Translations under genes and position numbers: made by a program | Part shown: one piece after another, positions 13,580-25,988 of the stretch | Position numbering within the stretch: position 1 is the stretch's first letter | How the letters are laid out: the number at the start of each line of letters is the position of its first letter | The notes under the pieces: generated by a model | Told to the model about the DNA's origin: nothing | Seen by the model: only the letters and a program-made list of their open reading frames with translations | Database searches by the model: none | From: Eledone cirrhosa | Lineage: Eukaryota | Length of the DNA: 64,000 nt | Assembly (NCBI GenBank): GCA_964016885.1 | Contig: OZ024743.1 | Coordinates: 79,050,001 to 79,114,000, forward strand | Direction of reading: 5' to 3'

Positions 13580-13865
13580 GAGATATATTCATATTATAGT
13601 TTTGTGGTCCCGGTAAAATACATCAAGTATAATGGGAAGGTTCTATTATATTGACAACTGGATGACTGACATTGTAGAGAGTGAGATTTAGAGAGTTTCT
13701 AGAAGATATCTTTCAAGTAACCTACAGTAGTACAATGTCGGGTTGTGGAGAGTGAGATCTGGAGAGCTTCTACAAGGAAAAGAATGATTTGACTTGTAGT
13801 CTTAACAAAATTTTGATTTAATTTTATAATAATGTGCTCAAAGGATAAGGAATCCTGAGCTCTTT

Positions 13866-14455
13866 AAAATACAATATGTTGAAAAGGTAACACACTAGAG
13901 AGAGGGTGTGCCATCAATAAAACAGGGAAAACCACCAGTGTATGTAATCTATACTCTATGGAAGGCAGGGAATAACGAGAGTCTATGGCTCCATTAATTT
14001 ATTGTGATATTTCGCTCCTTATAACAGTCTTTCTTCTCTCTCTGTTTGGTTGAGCACACTTCTTTGAGTGGTTTTGGGGCTGCCCTTTCTAGCAGCTCGT
14101 CCCTCAGATGCCACTGGTTTACTGCCCTAAACATGCTGTGACATCTCTCTGCCGCGTGTAGCTGGACGGTAGCCTTAGAATCTCTTAGAATTGTCTGGAA
14201 CGTATAGTCTTGCACGCGCTGATTGGCCATGGCTATTCCATTTCAGTTAACAACTTCCTGGCGAAACAGATCTCTTTGGATTTGTACGCGTGTGTTATAT
14301 AGTTATAGAGGTGCGTATATACATTTTAATTTATATTTTTAATTATTGTGTATCTACCCTGCCTTCCATAGATTATAGATTCCATACACTGGTGGTTTTC
14401 CCTGTTTTATTGATGGCAAACTCTCTCTCTAGTGTGTTACCTTTTCAAGATATTG

Positions 14456-14461
<6 letters not shown>
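13866..14461. mobile_element. Fold-back element with ~105-bp inverted arms ending at (TA)n (Penelope-like relic or MITE)
   Basis: 13866-13970 is the near-perfect reverse complement of 14357-14461. Confidence 0.7.
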
Positions 14462-14511
<50 letters not shown>

Positions 14512-14665
14512 TAAAATAACAGATTTTAATTGAGGGTGTCTACCTCCAGTCTCTCTCTCTATATATATCAAATAAATATTTGCTCTATGGTTCTTATATA
14601 TTTGATATATATTTATCCTTATCGAGCCCTCTTTGGATTTTAGTCTTCAAATTTATTATTATTAC

Positions 14666-14696
<31 letters not shown>

Positions 14697-14959
14697 GTAT
14701 TGCCATCGACGAATGTGAGAAAGTTCTCCAGGAAAGTTAACCAGGAATCTTTAAAAAATATCTCCACCGAAGTTAATAAAGAACTTACTAGATCTACCAA
14801 ACTGAATTTTAAAATTATAATATATTATAAAATTAAATTAAACTGTTTAGAACTACAAATGAAGTTCTTTTCTTCCTTTTTTAGATTACACACACACACA
14901 CACACACACACAGACACACACACATATATATATAGAGAGAGAGAGACTGGAGGTAGACA

Positions 14960-15530
14960 CCCTCAATTAACTCTCCAAATCCATGTTTTAGCATGACTGG
15001 ATAAAAGGTGCCAAACAGAGTGGGGGCTAACATGCAATCCTGCTTCACACCACTGCATATATTAAATGATTCCAGAGAAGAGTCATCAATTTGAACGATA
15101 CCCTTTATATCTGCATGAAATGACTGGACAACCAATTCTGGCAAGGATCTTGAGCAGGCCATCTCTACTATCTAGATTGAATGCCTTCATGAGGTCGTTG
15201 AAGGTTATGTAGAGTGGTTGCCTTTGCTCTCGGCACTTCTGTAGCTGTCGAAGGGAGAAGGTCATGTCGATGATGGAGTATTCTGACTTGAAACCACACT
15301 GAGATTTGGGGTATACACTTTCAGTGATTTTCCGTAGTCTGTTCAGGCCAACGTGGACAAAGACCTTCCCAACAATACTTAGCAGCGAGATGCCTCGGTA
15401 GCTATTGCAGTTGCTTCTGACCCTTTGTTCTTATAGATGGTGACAATATTGCAGTCTCTCATGTCTTGCAGGACTGTTCCCTCTTCCCAGCACTGACACA
15501 GTAGTTTTAACAAGTGGCTAAGTAGCACTA
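14960..15530 (-). mobile_element. RTE (BovB-like) LINE reverse transcriptase fragment, decayed
   Basis: ORF pieces CWEEGTVLQDMRDCNIVTIYKNKG and SFHADIKGIVQIDDSSLESFNICSGVKQDCMLAPTLF. Confidence 0.85.
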
Positions 15531-17530
15531 CTTTTGAAGAGCCATTATGAAAGATTAATGAATGAGGGGAATGAATGGGAGAAAGAGACACTGCCTCAAG
15601 TGGACCCCATAGAGGGCCCTACAATACAAGTCAGTAGCAGTGTAGTTAGTAAGGCAATTAAGGATATGAAAACTGGGAAGGCAGCCAGTCTATTAGGAAT
15701 AGTTGTTGAGATTCGGAGAGCATCTAGGTCACACCATAACCACACGTATTGTTAACCAAGTAATACTAGATGAAGTCATACCAAATGATTGACACAGCAA
15801 CATCATTGTCAACTGCTACAAGGGTAAAGGAGATGCACTAGATAGAGGTAACTGTAGAGGTATAAAGCTGATGGACCAAGTCATGAAAGTAACAGAAATA
15901 GTTATAGCACAGTTGATTAGGGACTGGGTAAAACTAGGTGAGATGCAATTTGGGTTTGTGCCAGGAAAAGGCACCACTGATGCCCTCTTCCTTGTGAGGC
16001 AGTTACAGGTAAAGTACCTAGCTAAAAGTAAGCTGTTCTACATGGCAGTTGTCTATCTGGAAAAAGGATTCGACAGAATATCCCATGCTATAATATAGTG
16101 GGCTTTTAGAATACTAGGAGTAGAGGAGTGGCTTCTGAAGTCTGTACAAGCCATGTATAAGGTAGCAGTCAGCAAAGTTAGGGTTAACAATGACTATAGC
16201 AAGGAATTTAGCATACAGGTTGGCATCTACCAGGGTTCTGTTCTTAGCCCTATTCTGTTTATTATCGTATTGCAGGCTACAAAAGAGGAGTTTAAGACAG
16301 GATGCCCATGGGAACTTTTGTACATAGATCTATGGTGGAATGAGAGAAGAAATTCCAAACAGGGAAGCAGTGCCTAGAAAGAAGGGGTCTCAAAGTTAAC
16401 CTGACAAAGACTAAGGGCCTCGTAAGCAGAAGAAAATACAGAACCCAGATCTCTTCAGAGAAATGGCCTTGCTCAGTATGTAGGAAAGGTGTAGGTAGAA
16501 ATTCCATCCTCTGCCCCAAATGCAAACTATGGGTACACAATAGATGTAATGGAATCTCAGGAAGTTTAGCTAAGAATGTAGGCTTTAAATGTAGCAGTTG
16601 CACCAGAACAGTAAGCAACAAACGACCACAGGAAACAAGCACTACCAAATTCTGGGAGGGCTCAGTAGAAACAGTAGACAGCTTCTGCTATCTAGGTGAC
16701 TGAATTAGCAGTGGAGGTGGGTATTCTGAAAGTACAGTAACCAGGGTAAGAACAGGATGGGAGAAGTTCAGGGAGCTACTTCTACTACTACTAGCTGCAA
16801 AAGGTTTTCCCCTCAAAATTAAAAGCAGACTGTATGATGCTTGCATACGAAGATTTGCATAGATTAGAAAGAAAAGAAGCTTGCATGCTCAGATGGATAT
16901 GTAATAGTAATATATGTGAACGGCAAAGCATAAACAAATTGAGAGAGAGACTAGGCATAAGAGGTATCAAATGCTGTGTGCAGGAGAGGAGATTATGCTG
17001 GTATGGACATGTGATGCATAGGAAGGATGATAGCTGCATAAAAAGGTGCAGAGCATTAAAAGTCGATGGAAGTCTTGGAGTGGGGAGACCTAAGAAGTCC
17101 TGGCATGAGGTGATAAAAGCTGATCTTGCCCAATTGCACCTCTCAAAAGTGATGACACAGGACTGAGAGCTCTGGCATTACACCGTAATACAGAAGACCT
17201 GACTTCCCACGGGTACAAGCCGAAGCTGAAGCCTATAGACAGTATGCCCCCACCCCTTCTCACTGTAAAGTGGTCATGTAGGTGTGTTACAGCAAAACAT
17301 CACCGACTCCTCACTGTAAAGGGGTCGTATAGGCTCCACCGTAAAAAGACATCCAGTACTCACTGTAAATGAGGTTGGTGTTAGAAAGGGCATCCAGTAG
17401 AAACCAAGCCAAAATCAGTTCTGTATGAGCAAGACACGGTCACCTGATCTGACATTGCCCACAACAAGACAATTCCTCTAACCCATGCTAGCGTGGAAGA
17501 ATGGACGTAATACGGTTTTGATGATGATGA
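15530..17530 (+). mobile_element. RTE-clade LINE 3' portion with 3' UTR and (TGA)n tail
   Basis: MQFGFVPGKGTTDALFLVRQLQ, QVGIYQGSVLSPILF, RRLCWYGHVMHR..GRPKKSW with stops/frameshifts; tail ...ggacgtaatacggttttgatgatgatga. Confidence 0.88.
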
Positions 17531-17534
17531 CAGT

Positions 17535-18390
17535 GACTGAGGTCCTTGTTTATAAACCAACTTTGTAGAATATTTTATAACAATACAATGACTGTGGTCC
17601 TTGTTTATAAGCCAACTTTGTAGAATATTTTATGACAATACAATGGTTGTGGTCCTTGTTTATAAGTCAACTTTGTAGAATATTTTATAACAATACAATG
17701 ACTGTGGTCCTTGTTTATAAGCCAACTTTGTAGAATATTTTATAACAATACAATAGCTGAGGTCCGTGTTTATAAACCAACTTTGTAGAATATTTTATGA
17801 CAATACAATGGTTGTGGTCCTTGTTTATAAGTCAACTTTGTAGAATATTTTATGACAATACGATGGTTGTGGTCCTTGTTTATAAGTCAACTTTGTAGAA
17901 TATTTTATGACAATACAATGGCTGTGGTCCTTGTTTATAAGCCAACTTTGTAGAATATTTTATGACAATACAATGGCTGTGGTCCTTGTTTATAAGCCAA
18001 CTTTGTAGAATATTTTATGACAATACAATGGCTGTGGTCCTTGTTTATAAGTCAACTTTGTAGAATATTTTATAACAATACAATGGCTGTGGTCCTTGTT
18101 TATAAGCCAACTTTGTAGAATATTTTATAACAATACAATGGCTGTGGTCCTTGTTTATAAGTCAACTTTGTAGAATATTTTATGACAATACAATGGCTGT
18201 GGTCCTTGTTTATAAGCCAACTTTGTAGAATATTTTATAACAATACAATGGCTGTGGTCCTTGTTTATAAGTCAACTTTGTAGAATATTTTATGACAATA
18301 CAATGGCTGTGGTCCTTGTTTATAAGCCAACTTTGTAGAATATTTTATAACAATACAATGACTGTGGTCCTTCATTATAAACAAACTTTA
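17535..18390. repeat. 55-bp tandem repeat, ~15 copies
   Basis: Monomer ctgtggtccttgtttataagccaactttgtagaatattttatgacaatacaatgg. Confidence 0.95.
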
Positions 18391-18459
18391 TGGAAGCAGT
18401 AAACATGTTTTGATCTTATTAGATCTTCTCAGTGAAGTATATTTAATTTATATATTGAG

Positions 18460-18709
18460 ACTGTGAAATTGAAGCTGAGCATGGCAAAGACAAATGCAAT
18501 GACATTTCACCTGAATACCAAGGAGGCCTCTCAGCATCTCAGTGGCCGTGACAGTCCATCCCTCTCATATAACATCACACCAACATATTTCAAAGTGAAA
18601 TTGGACTGACAGCTGACCTACAGGCAGCACCTTCAGTTCTTACATGCAGAGATGTTTGCAACAAAGAATCTTCGATGCCATTTGGCAAGCCCATCATGGG
18701 GTGTTAGTA

Positions 18710-18710
<1 letters not shown>
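18460..18710 (+). mobile_element. Ingi/I-group LINE RT C-terminal fragment
   Basis: Translates as KLKLSMAKTNAMTFHLNTKEASQHL..TPTYFKVKLD*QLTYRQHL. Confidence 0.55.
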
Positions 18711-18789
<79 letters not shown>

Positions 18790-18792
<3 letters not shown>

Positions 18793-18980
18793 TAGCGAGA
18801 ATTGTATTTCGGCTTTGGAATTAGCGAAAAACAACTTCTAAGATGTGTGGCAAGTGCTCAATAATTCTGACGAACCAGAGCTACAACATACGTTAAAGGC
18901 CAAACACACTGAGACGATGGTTAAACCGTCATCCGCACAACCATAGAAACGACCAAGTAATTCGGGTCAAACAAATAAAA
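18790..18980. repeat. Dispersed repeat next to (TA)n; second copy at ~58103-58290
   Basis: Shared aattagcgagaat...gctcaataattc...tacgttaaaggccaaacacactgaga...ttcgggtcaaaca. Confidence 0.7.
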
Positions 18981-19532
18981 AAATATGTAATTGAAAAAAT
19001 TTACCCGGACCCCTGGATGGTTGGTAAAATCCAGCATTTGGGTTTCTGCGACTCCTAAATCAAGTACTGTCCCCTTAGACAAATAATGTTAGGCTGCTGG
19101 TAAGATGATTGAACAAGGAAGTCACTTTCTCAACAGGTTTTAGTTCAAGTGCCAGGCAAAGGAATGACCGTTACCGATACCCACGTGGGGCTCGACAAGG
19201 GAGGCAAGCCTTATTTTTGGCGGATGAAATTCAGTATGTGTATATTATTGCAAAAATGCAAAATATCACAAAACGAATTAAGCTCTCAACAGAATGGTTA
19301 TAAGTTAACAAAAGCTATTCATCAGTCAATAGAATCAACTAAAAAAATCAAGAAAATTAACTGGTCAATAGCTAGACTCTGGAGATTAATACAAATATAA
19401 ATTAGCGAGAATCGTATATATATTTATATGTTTGAAAAGGAGGTAATATTCTATACAAAACAGGTTATAGAAAAAAGTAAGAAAGTGCGGAAATTTCTTC
19501 TTTGATCCGTCAAAGTGACAATTTTGAAAAAA

Positions 19533-19713
19533 GGCGGTGGATTGGCAGTATCGGTAGTGGGTCGGATGCCATGCTTTAAAGCATAGAGTTACCTCCCTGT
19601 ATGATCTGAGTTCAAATCCCGCCGAGGTTAACTTTGCCTTTCATCCTTCCGGGGTCGATAAAATAAAGTACCGGGTAATTGCTGGCCTTGTGCCAAAAGT
19701 AGAAACAATTATT
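19533..19713 (+). mobile_element. tRNA-derived SINE
   Basis: ggcggtggattggcagtatcggtag head, B-box gagttcaaatccc, core actttgcctttcatccttccggggtcgataaaataaagtacc; >10 copies in window. Confidence 0.85.
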
Positions 19714-19783
19714 GAAAAAGAAGAATTTTTTTAAAAATAGAGTTTTACCGGTTTCGATGTAATCCATATTATCAAATATTAAA

Positions 19784-19965
19784 TGGATTGGCAGTATCGG
19801 TAGAGGGTCGGACGCCATGCTTTCCAGCATAGTTACGTCCCTTTACGATCTGAGTTCAAATCCCGCCGAGGTTGACTTTGCCTTTCATCCTTACGGGGTC
19901 GATAAAATAAAGTACCAGTCATGCACTGGATAATTGCTGGCCTTGTGCCTAAAGTAGAAACAATT
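19784..19965 (+). mobile_element. tRNA-derived SINE (same family)
   Basis: Near-identical to 19533-19713. Confidence 0.85.
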
Positions 19966-19989
19966 AAATATTACAATTAAAATTTAAAA

Positions 19990-21150
19990 AAGAATTAAAA
20001 ATTAAGTGTTGAAGAAGGTCAATTCATATTTCGTGCTGGGAGGAAATATAAACATACAAATAACTTTGATAGGTTTCCGCCAGTATTGGCCCAGGCTATG
20101 TCTAACTTAATAGCATTCACTCTTTGTTGGTGAGGAGTGAGGTTTTTTTTTGTGTTTGTTTGCATGTAAGGAACATAACCTATAGTTTTTCGTAGGTCAG
20201 CAATCTTTTTTTCTATTTTAGTTATATATGTTGGTACTTTTTGTGGTGTTTTGTTCTTGTTAATATCTCTGCTATCACCAAGATAATGCTTCACTGTCGT
20301 TGCTAAGGCATATAAACAGGCGTTGATTTGCCAAAATGTTGGGGTTTTTATCCGTCGTAAATATTCATCCCCTATTTCGTCAATAACACGTAGTATTTCA
20401 TTATTTGGTTTTTTATTAAACATTGTTGTTTTAATACGTTCAGCCAGAGAGATATTTATACATGAGTTAATTTCTCTCTGGAAGATTTTGTTGAGGGAAA
20501 TTTTAAATTGTTTAGACTTTTGATTATTATTATTATCGATAGTCTTTTCCACAACAGTCGAGGTAGACTCGGATGATACACGTGGTGTCAAATTACTTCG
20601 ATTATAATTATTATTTCTTTGGTTATTATTATTATCGATAGTGTTTTCCACAACAGTCAAGGTAGATTCAGATGGTACAAGTGGTGTCAAATTTCTTACA
20701 GGCATAGTTGTTTCAAGGCACTGTTCGATCTGGCTGCTAGGAAGTCAAGTAGCATGGCGACCTGTAGCACATGTTGTTGATTCCATGTTTGTTCTGGGGG
20801 ACTTATAATTATTAATATTTATCTTATTTTTACGTTGAATAAACGTTGCTTGTTGACGTAATTGTTTCGCTGTGAAATGATTTAGCTTTGGATGCATTTC
20901 GTCAAGTGTACCGTCATTATGTTCATATAGCTAATGGAGAGATTTTTTTCGCCATTTTATAACAATTAATTAAATCATCATTAAGTTGGCAACTCCAAGA
21001 GAAATGCGATTTATAATTTCGGTTTCTTCTGTAGCTACAACTGAATAAATTTAGTTAACCTTTCTCATTGATTTTCTCCGGTATATTGTTTACGTTCCTT
21101 GTGTTTGATAAATTGTTTTTGTTGATATTGTGTCCGGCCATGCTGTTTGT
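19990..21150 (-). mobile_element. R4/Dong-like non-LTR retrotransposon N-terminal region, decayed
   Basis: ORF 20019-20705 with FWQINACLYALATTV..LG..VPTYITKIEKKIADLRKTIG; upstream WSCQLNDDLINCY and KQLRQQATFIQRKN match R4/Dong N-terminal motifs from memory. Confidence 0.6.
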
Positions 21151-21359
21151 AGCAAATCCTTGTAAAATGAATTATGTATTTAGTCGGATATATCTACGAA
21201 TTCGAATAAAAGGTGTCTTCAGTGGATATAGTTAGAATATCCAGTTATTCAATTTGACTGGTAGTTGTGGCATTACTGTCGGAGATAGTTTTCATCTTAA
21301 ATTTAATTAATAGTCTCCCACACCAAAATATGCGACTGGTCGCGTTGACTGACTGCTAT

Positions 21360-23320
21360 ATGTATGTATGTTCTTTTGGTTTTAAAATTTCACAAATTTT
21401 TGCCAAAGTAAGGGGAAAGAAGGTTGCACATCCAAAACGACTAAACGTGGCTCGTCTGAAGACAGAAGTCAGAGCTGAGCAGTCGAAGTCTCCTGAGTGG
21501 GTATCATTGAAGAAAACCGTCTATGATGTCAGTGCTAGAGTTTTAGGTCATATCAATAGAAAGCATAAGGACTGGTTTGATGAAAATGATGCAGTGATCC
21601 AGACCTTGCTTGAAGAGAAATAAAAAGTGCTGACATCATTGTTGAGTGAGACACGTTCTGACAGGAGTGACCGGATCTTCAAACTAATCAAGGCACGTGT
21701 GCAACATCAATTGAGAGCCATGCAAGATACCTGGGGTAGACAAAAAGCTGATAGACATGATACAAAGCACTTATACAATCTGCTTAGGGAGGTGTATGGT
21801 CCAACCGGTCCGCAAATATCCCCATTTTGCTCCAAAGATGGCAAGGAATTGCTCAGATCCAGAGTAAATCCTGATCAGGTGGCATGACCACTTTGATGAG
21901 CTTCTCAACAGACCATCAGAAATTGATGAGTTCATCTGGTCGATTCTATCCAGACCTACAAAGCTGGCAATGGCTGATCCTCCTTCATTTGATGAGGTGG
22001 CGAATGCCATTACCAAAATAAACACCGTCAAGCCACCTGGAATGGATGGATTGAGTGCCGAGATCTTTAATTGTGCTGGTGATAACTTCTTAAACCGCCT
22101 CATTGATCTCTTTGTGAATGTTTGGAATGAAGATGATGTACCGCAGAACTGGAAAGATGCATTGATGGTGGTATTTTACAAAGGAAAGGGAGCCAAAGAT
22201 GACTGGCAACTACAGAGGTATTTCACCGCTATCTGTGGCTGGGAAGATCTTGTGCAGGATATTGTTGGACAGATTGATACAGCACATGCTGTTGAGGTAC
22301 TTCCTGAGTCCCAATGTGGCTTTAGGAATGGCAGAGGCACTGTTGACATGGTCTTCTCAGCCAAACAGCTTCAAGAGAAATGCATCAAGCAGCGCAGGAC
22401 TTATACCAAGTTTTTGTTGATCTGACCAAGGTATTTGACACCGTAAATCGGAAGGCTTTGTGGGTTATTTTGGAGAGATTGGGCTGTCCTGAAAAGTTTG
22501 TGAACATACTCAAGCTCTTCCGTGATGTCATGCAGGCATGGGTAAATATTGGAGGTAAACTGTCTGAGCCAATCTCGGTGGAAAATGGCCTTCAAGGGTT
22601 GTCAATATGGTATCTATTTCAGATATCACACTTCTGGCAAGCTGTTCAACCTCAGGTGCCTCACTGCCAACACTAAGGTACTGAGTACCTTAATCAGAAA
22701 ATTTCTGTATGCAGATCATTGTGATCTCTTTGCACAATACCAGAGTGACATGCAACACCTTATGGATTCTTTTTCCAATGCATGAAGTGCTTTGGAACTG
22801 ACAAACAGTCTGAAGAAGACTGTCGTCTGGATGCAGAAGTTTGTCTACGTGTTAGTAAAGCAAGTGAGTCATTTAGAAGGCTCAGCGAACATATTTGGTC
22901 CAGGCAAGGAATCTCAATGAAGACCAAGGTGAGAGTGTATACTGTCAGCTTTGCCGTACGCTTGTGAGACATGGGTTGCCTACAAACGGCATATCCAAAG
23001 ACTGGAACGATTTCACCAGCAGTGTCTCAGAAAGATGCTCGGTATCAAGTGGCAGCTGCATGTGTGTGATGCTGAAGTCCTTGAGAGAAGTGATTGTTGG
23101 AACATTGAGAGTATCATCCACCAACGATGTTTGCGATGGACCGGACACCTCTGCAGAATAGAAGATGATTGAATCTCAAAACAACCTTTGTATGGCAAGC
23201 TTTGTAAAGGTAAGAGACCGCCCAACAAGTCAAGGCTCCAATTAAAGGATTGTGTAAAGGACACATTGAAAGAAACTGGTTTGATGGTGGCTGACTGGGA
23301 GATAGAAGCCATAAAGTTCA
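21360..23320 (+). mobile_element. RTE (BovB-like) LINE, decayed
   Basis: KHKDWFDENDA, PPSFDEVANAI..KPPGMDGLSAEIF, VLPESQCGFRNGRGTVDMVF, FVDLTKVFDTVNR, FLYADHC, YACETW..LERFHQQCLRKMLGIKW. Confidence 0.92.
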
Positions 23321-23669
23321 AGAAATTTTGGATAAATTCTTTTATTTGCATGATAGACACCTAGTCTTCATTAAGATATCTCTCTAGGAGAAGGTTACTC
23401 TGATATAAAACATACGGCTTCGTTTCCATCTAATGATGTAGACCATTGCTATTTTTAGGGTAAATGCATTTGATGTTCAAAGAGTGGGATTGGCCCTATG
23501 CAAAGCCTAGGTATCGCTTGATATGTGACATTTTTGCTTGATATGTGACATGGTATTGCTGGGCATAGGGAAATCCCTATCAGAACTAAAAAGCCACGCA
23601 TGTGACACACCTGGTTAAGTATCAATCGATGGCATTTCTCGAAATCGAGCTGCAGCAATCATCATCATC

Positions 23670-23714
<45 letters not shown>

Positions 23715-23964
23715 GATGTGTGTGTGTGTGTTTATATCTGTATTTTTGACCGTTGGTCAGTCAATGATAAACATTGAGGACCAAATGAATTAACTGTGAT
23801 ACAGAAGCGAAAACCAACCAAACAGTGAGTGTGTTCTGTTATTATTTCTGGCAATATCATTACAACAATATGACCCTCCCCAAGTATAACAATATATGTA
23901 TATATATATGTATATATGAAACATTAATTGAAAAGTTTTGAAACGATGAGTGTATATGAATAAT

Positions 23965-24655
23965 ATGGCGCCCCCATTGTCAATGGAGCTTCCTAGGTAG
24001 GTGAAGTTGTCCACTATCTCCACCTTCCCCTGTTCAATGAAAACACTAGTTGGTGATGGGTGTGTCCTCCCAGATAACATGCTTTTGGTCTTCTTAGCAC
24101 TGATATTGAGACCTAAGCTCCCTGCTTCGACATTGATATTGTTCATAATGATTTGCAGGTCAGCTGTGCTCTCTGCAAGTGAAACAATATCGTCCGCAAA
24201 GTCCAGGTCAGACAACTTTTGCTCTCCCACCCAAGATATACCCTGGTCTTTAGACGCTCTTCTTAGTACCCAGTCAATGGCTATGGCAAAGAGAATTGGA
24301 GAGAGCGATCAACCCTGACGCACACCAGTAACCACCTCAAACCAGTCACTGTAACCATCCTCTGTCCGTATGCAGCACTTGGAGTTTGCGTAAATCTGTT
24401 TGATTGCCGAAATGACTTTCTGGGGCAGACCATACTGATGCATGATGTTCCAGAGTGACGGTCGATGAATGCTATCAAATGCTTTGGAGAAATCGATGAA
24501 GCTGACGGCGAGGGGCCTCTGGAATTCGTTGTACCTCTCAATGATGCGGCGTAACGTAAAGATCTGCTCTGCACAGGAACGTTTTGGTCGGAACCCTGCC
24601 TGTTGTTCTCGCAGTTCCCGGTCTACCATGCCACGTATGCGGTTCAGGATCATCA
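23965..24655 (-). mobile_element. RTE-group LINE RT fragment
   Basis: LREQQAGFRPKRSCAEQIFTLRRI, FIDFSKAFDSI, TGVRQG, LDFADDI, FTYLGS. Confidence 0.9.
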
Positions 24656-25057
24656 GACAATCACCGGGAGAGATGACCCCTTAGCCTTTGTCAAGGCAGA
24701 ATTCTAGGAGAAGGAAAACTCTGACATAACACCTGCAACCCATCGGTTTGCAGTTCTACCAGAGACTACTCCTCTTACTGTCTCTTTACTAAATGTCAGT
24801 GGTTGGGTTTCAGGTTAGCGACCTGTTCCCGAAAAAACTCTCCTGCTACGAAAACAATTCATAGTGCATCAGATTTAAATTCCAAGCAGTCAGGAGAACG
24901 GTTGTCTCTAACAGGAGATTGTATGACGGGTGTCGGCGAAAGTCTCAATGAGGAAGCCGACATCCTGAGGACCAGAATTCTGTCTGCAAAAACGACCACA
25001 CGTATTGGATATTGGAACATAAGAACTATGTACCAACCATCAAAACTTGCGCAAGTT
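24656..25057 (+). mobile_element. 5' UTR and start of AP-endonuclease domain of an RTE-group LINE, truncated
   Basis: TTTRIGYWNIRTMYQPSKLAQV is the N-terminal W-N-x-R-T motif of LINE APE; sequence then switches to the 75-bp repeat. Confidence 0.7.
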
Positions 25058-25770
25058 ATCACTCTCTACAACCTTAAATATAAAGTATTACTGTGGGTTA
25101 CTTTAAAGATATCATCTAGAAACTCTCTAAATCTCACTCTCTACAACTTTACATATAAAGTATTACTGTAGGCTACTTTAAATATATCATCTAGAAACTC
25201 TCTAAATCTCACTCTCTACAACCTTACATATAAAGTATTACTTTAGGCTAATTTAAAGATATCTTCTAGAAACTCTCTAAATCTCACTCTCTACAACCTG
25301 ACATATAAAATATTACTGTAGGTTACTATAAAGATATCTTCTAGAAACTCTCTAAATATCACTCTCTACAATGTCAGCCATCCAGTTGTTAATATAATAG
25401 AACCTTCCCGTTATACTAAATATATTTTACCAGGACCACAAAACAATAATATGACTATATCTCACTATATAGTAGTAGATTTATGAACCAATTAGAAGGG
25501 AACATTTCTAACATAGTTAGGATAACTTTTAAATATAATTTTATATTCTGAACAACATGAGCACGATGACCGAGTGGTTACGGCGTTGGACTTAAGTCCC
25601 AATAAACAAATGTCCTCGTCGGTTCGAACCCCACTCGTGCTAAAGTATATTTTCTTCGTTTACTCTGGCATTTCTTTTATATGTTGTATTAATATGTCTG
25701 TCCACTGCAGCATGCTCAGGCACCACCTTCAAGGTATTAAGTCTGTCAAATTGATCCAAGTACTTATTTT
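25058..25770. repeat. Inverted, diverged copy of the tRNA-array subunit (~4 x 75-mer + spacer + tRNA + flank)
   Basis: tctagaaactctctaaatctcactctctacaacc is the reverse complement of the 75-mer; spacer matches 861-1050 in reverse. Confidence 0.9.
25560..25642 (+). pseudogene. tRNA-Leu(TAA) pseudogene
   Basis: Acceptor stem intact; mismatches in D-, anticodon-, variable and T-stems. Confidence 0.8.
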
Positions 25771-25953
25771 ACCATTTCTGGCAATTATTTTTTGTCCCTT
25801 TTTGGCAAACATCTCAGTTATGAGACATAAACAAAGTCACAGACACAGATACACACACACACACACACACACACGCAGACACACACACACTCAGACACAC
25901 ACACGTACACACACACACACTCACACACACACACTCAGACACACACTCACACG

Positions 25954-25988
<35 letters not shown>

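Larger units (their letters stand above)
1..13775. repeat. Higher-order tandem array: 75-bp minisatellite blocks + AT-rich spacer + tRNA-Leu-derived copies; ~3.0-3.07 kb HOR of three subunit types (A,B,C) repeated 3 times, then irregular units
   Basis: HOR starts at 1, 3070, 6141, 9135 are near-identical; monomer agagagtttctagaagatatctttaaagtaacctacagtaatactttatatgtcaggttgtagagagtgagattt recurs every 75 bp (1, 76, 301); third HOR lacks one 75-mer. Confidence 0.95.

Noticed and set aside
13994-14230. 78-aa ORF inside the fold-back element
   Set aside because: No recognisable motif; lies within a repeat relic
14705-14755. TCGACGA..GAAA-GTTAAC decayed hammerhead-like motif (similar weak ones at ~28290-28337 and ~60571-60617)
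   Set aside because: Core substitutions and no clear stem I; at most dead relics
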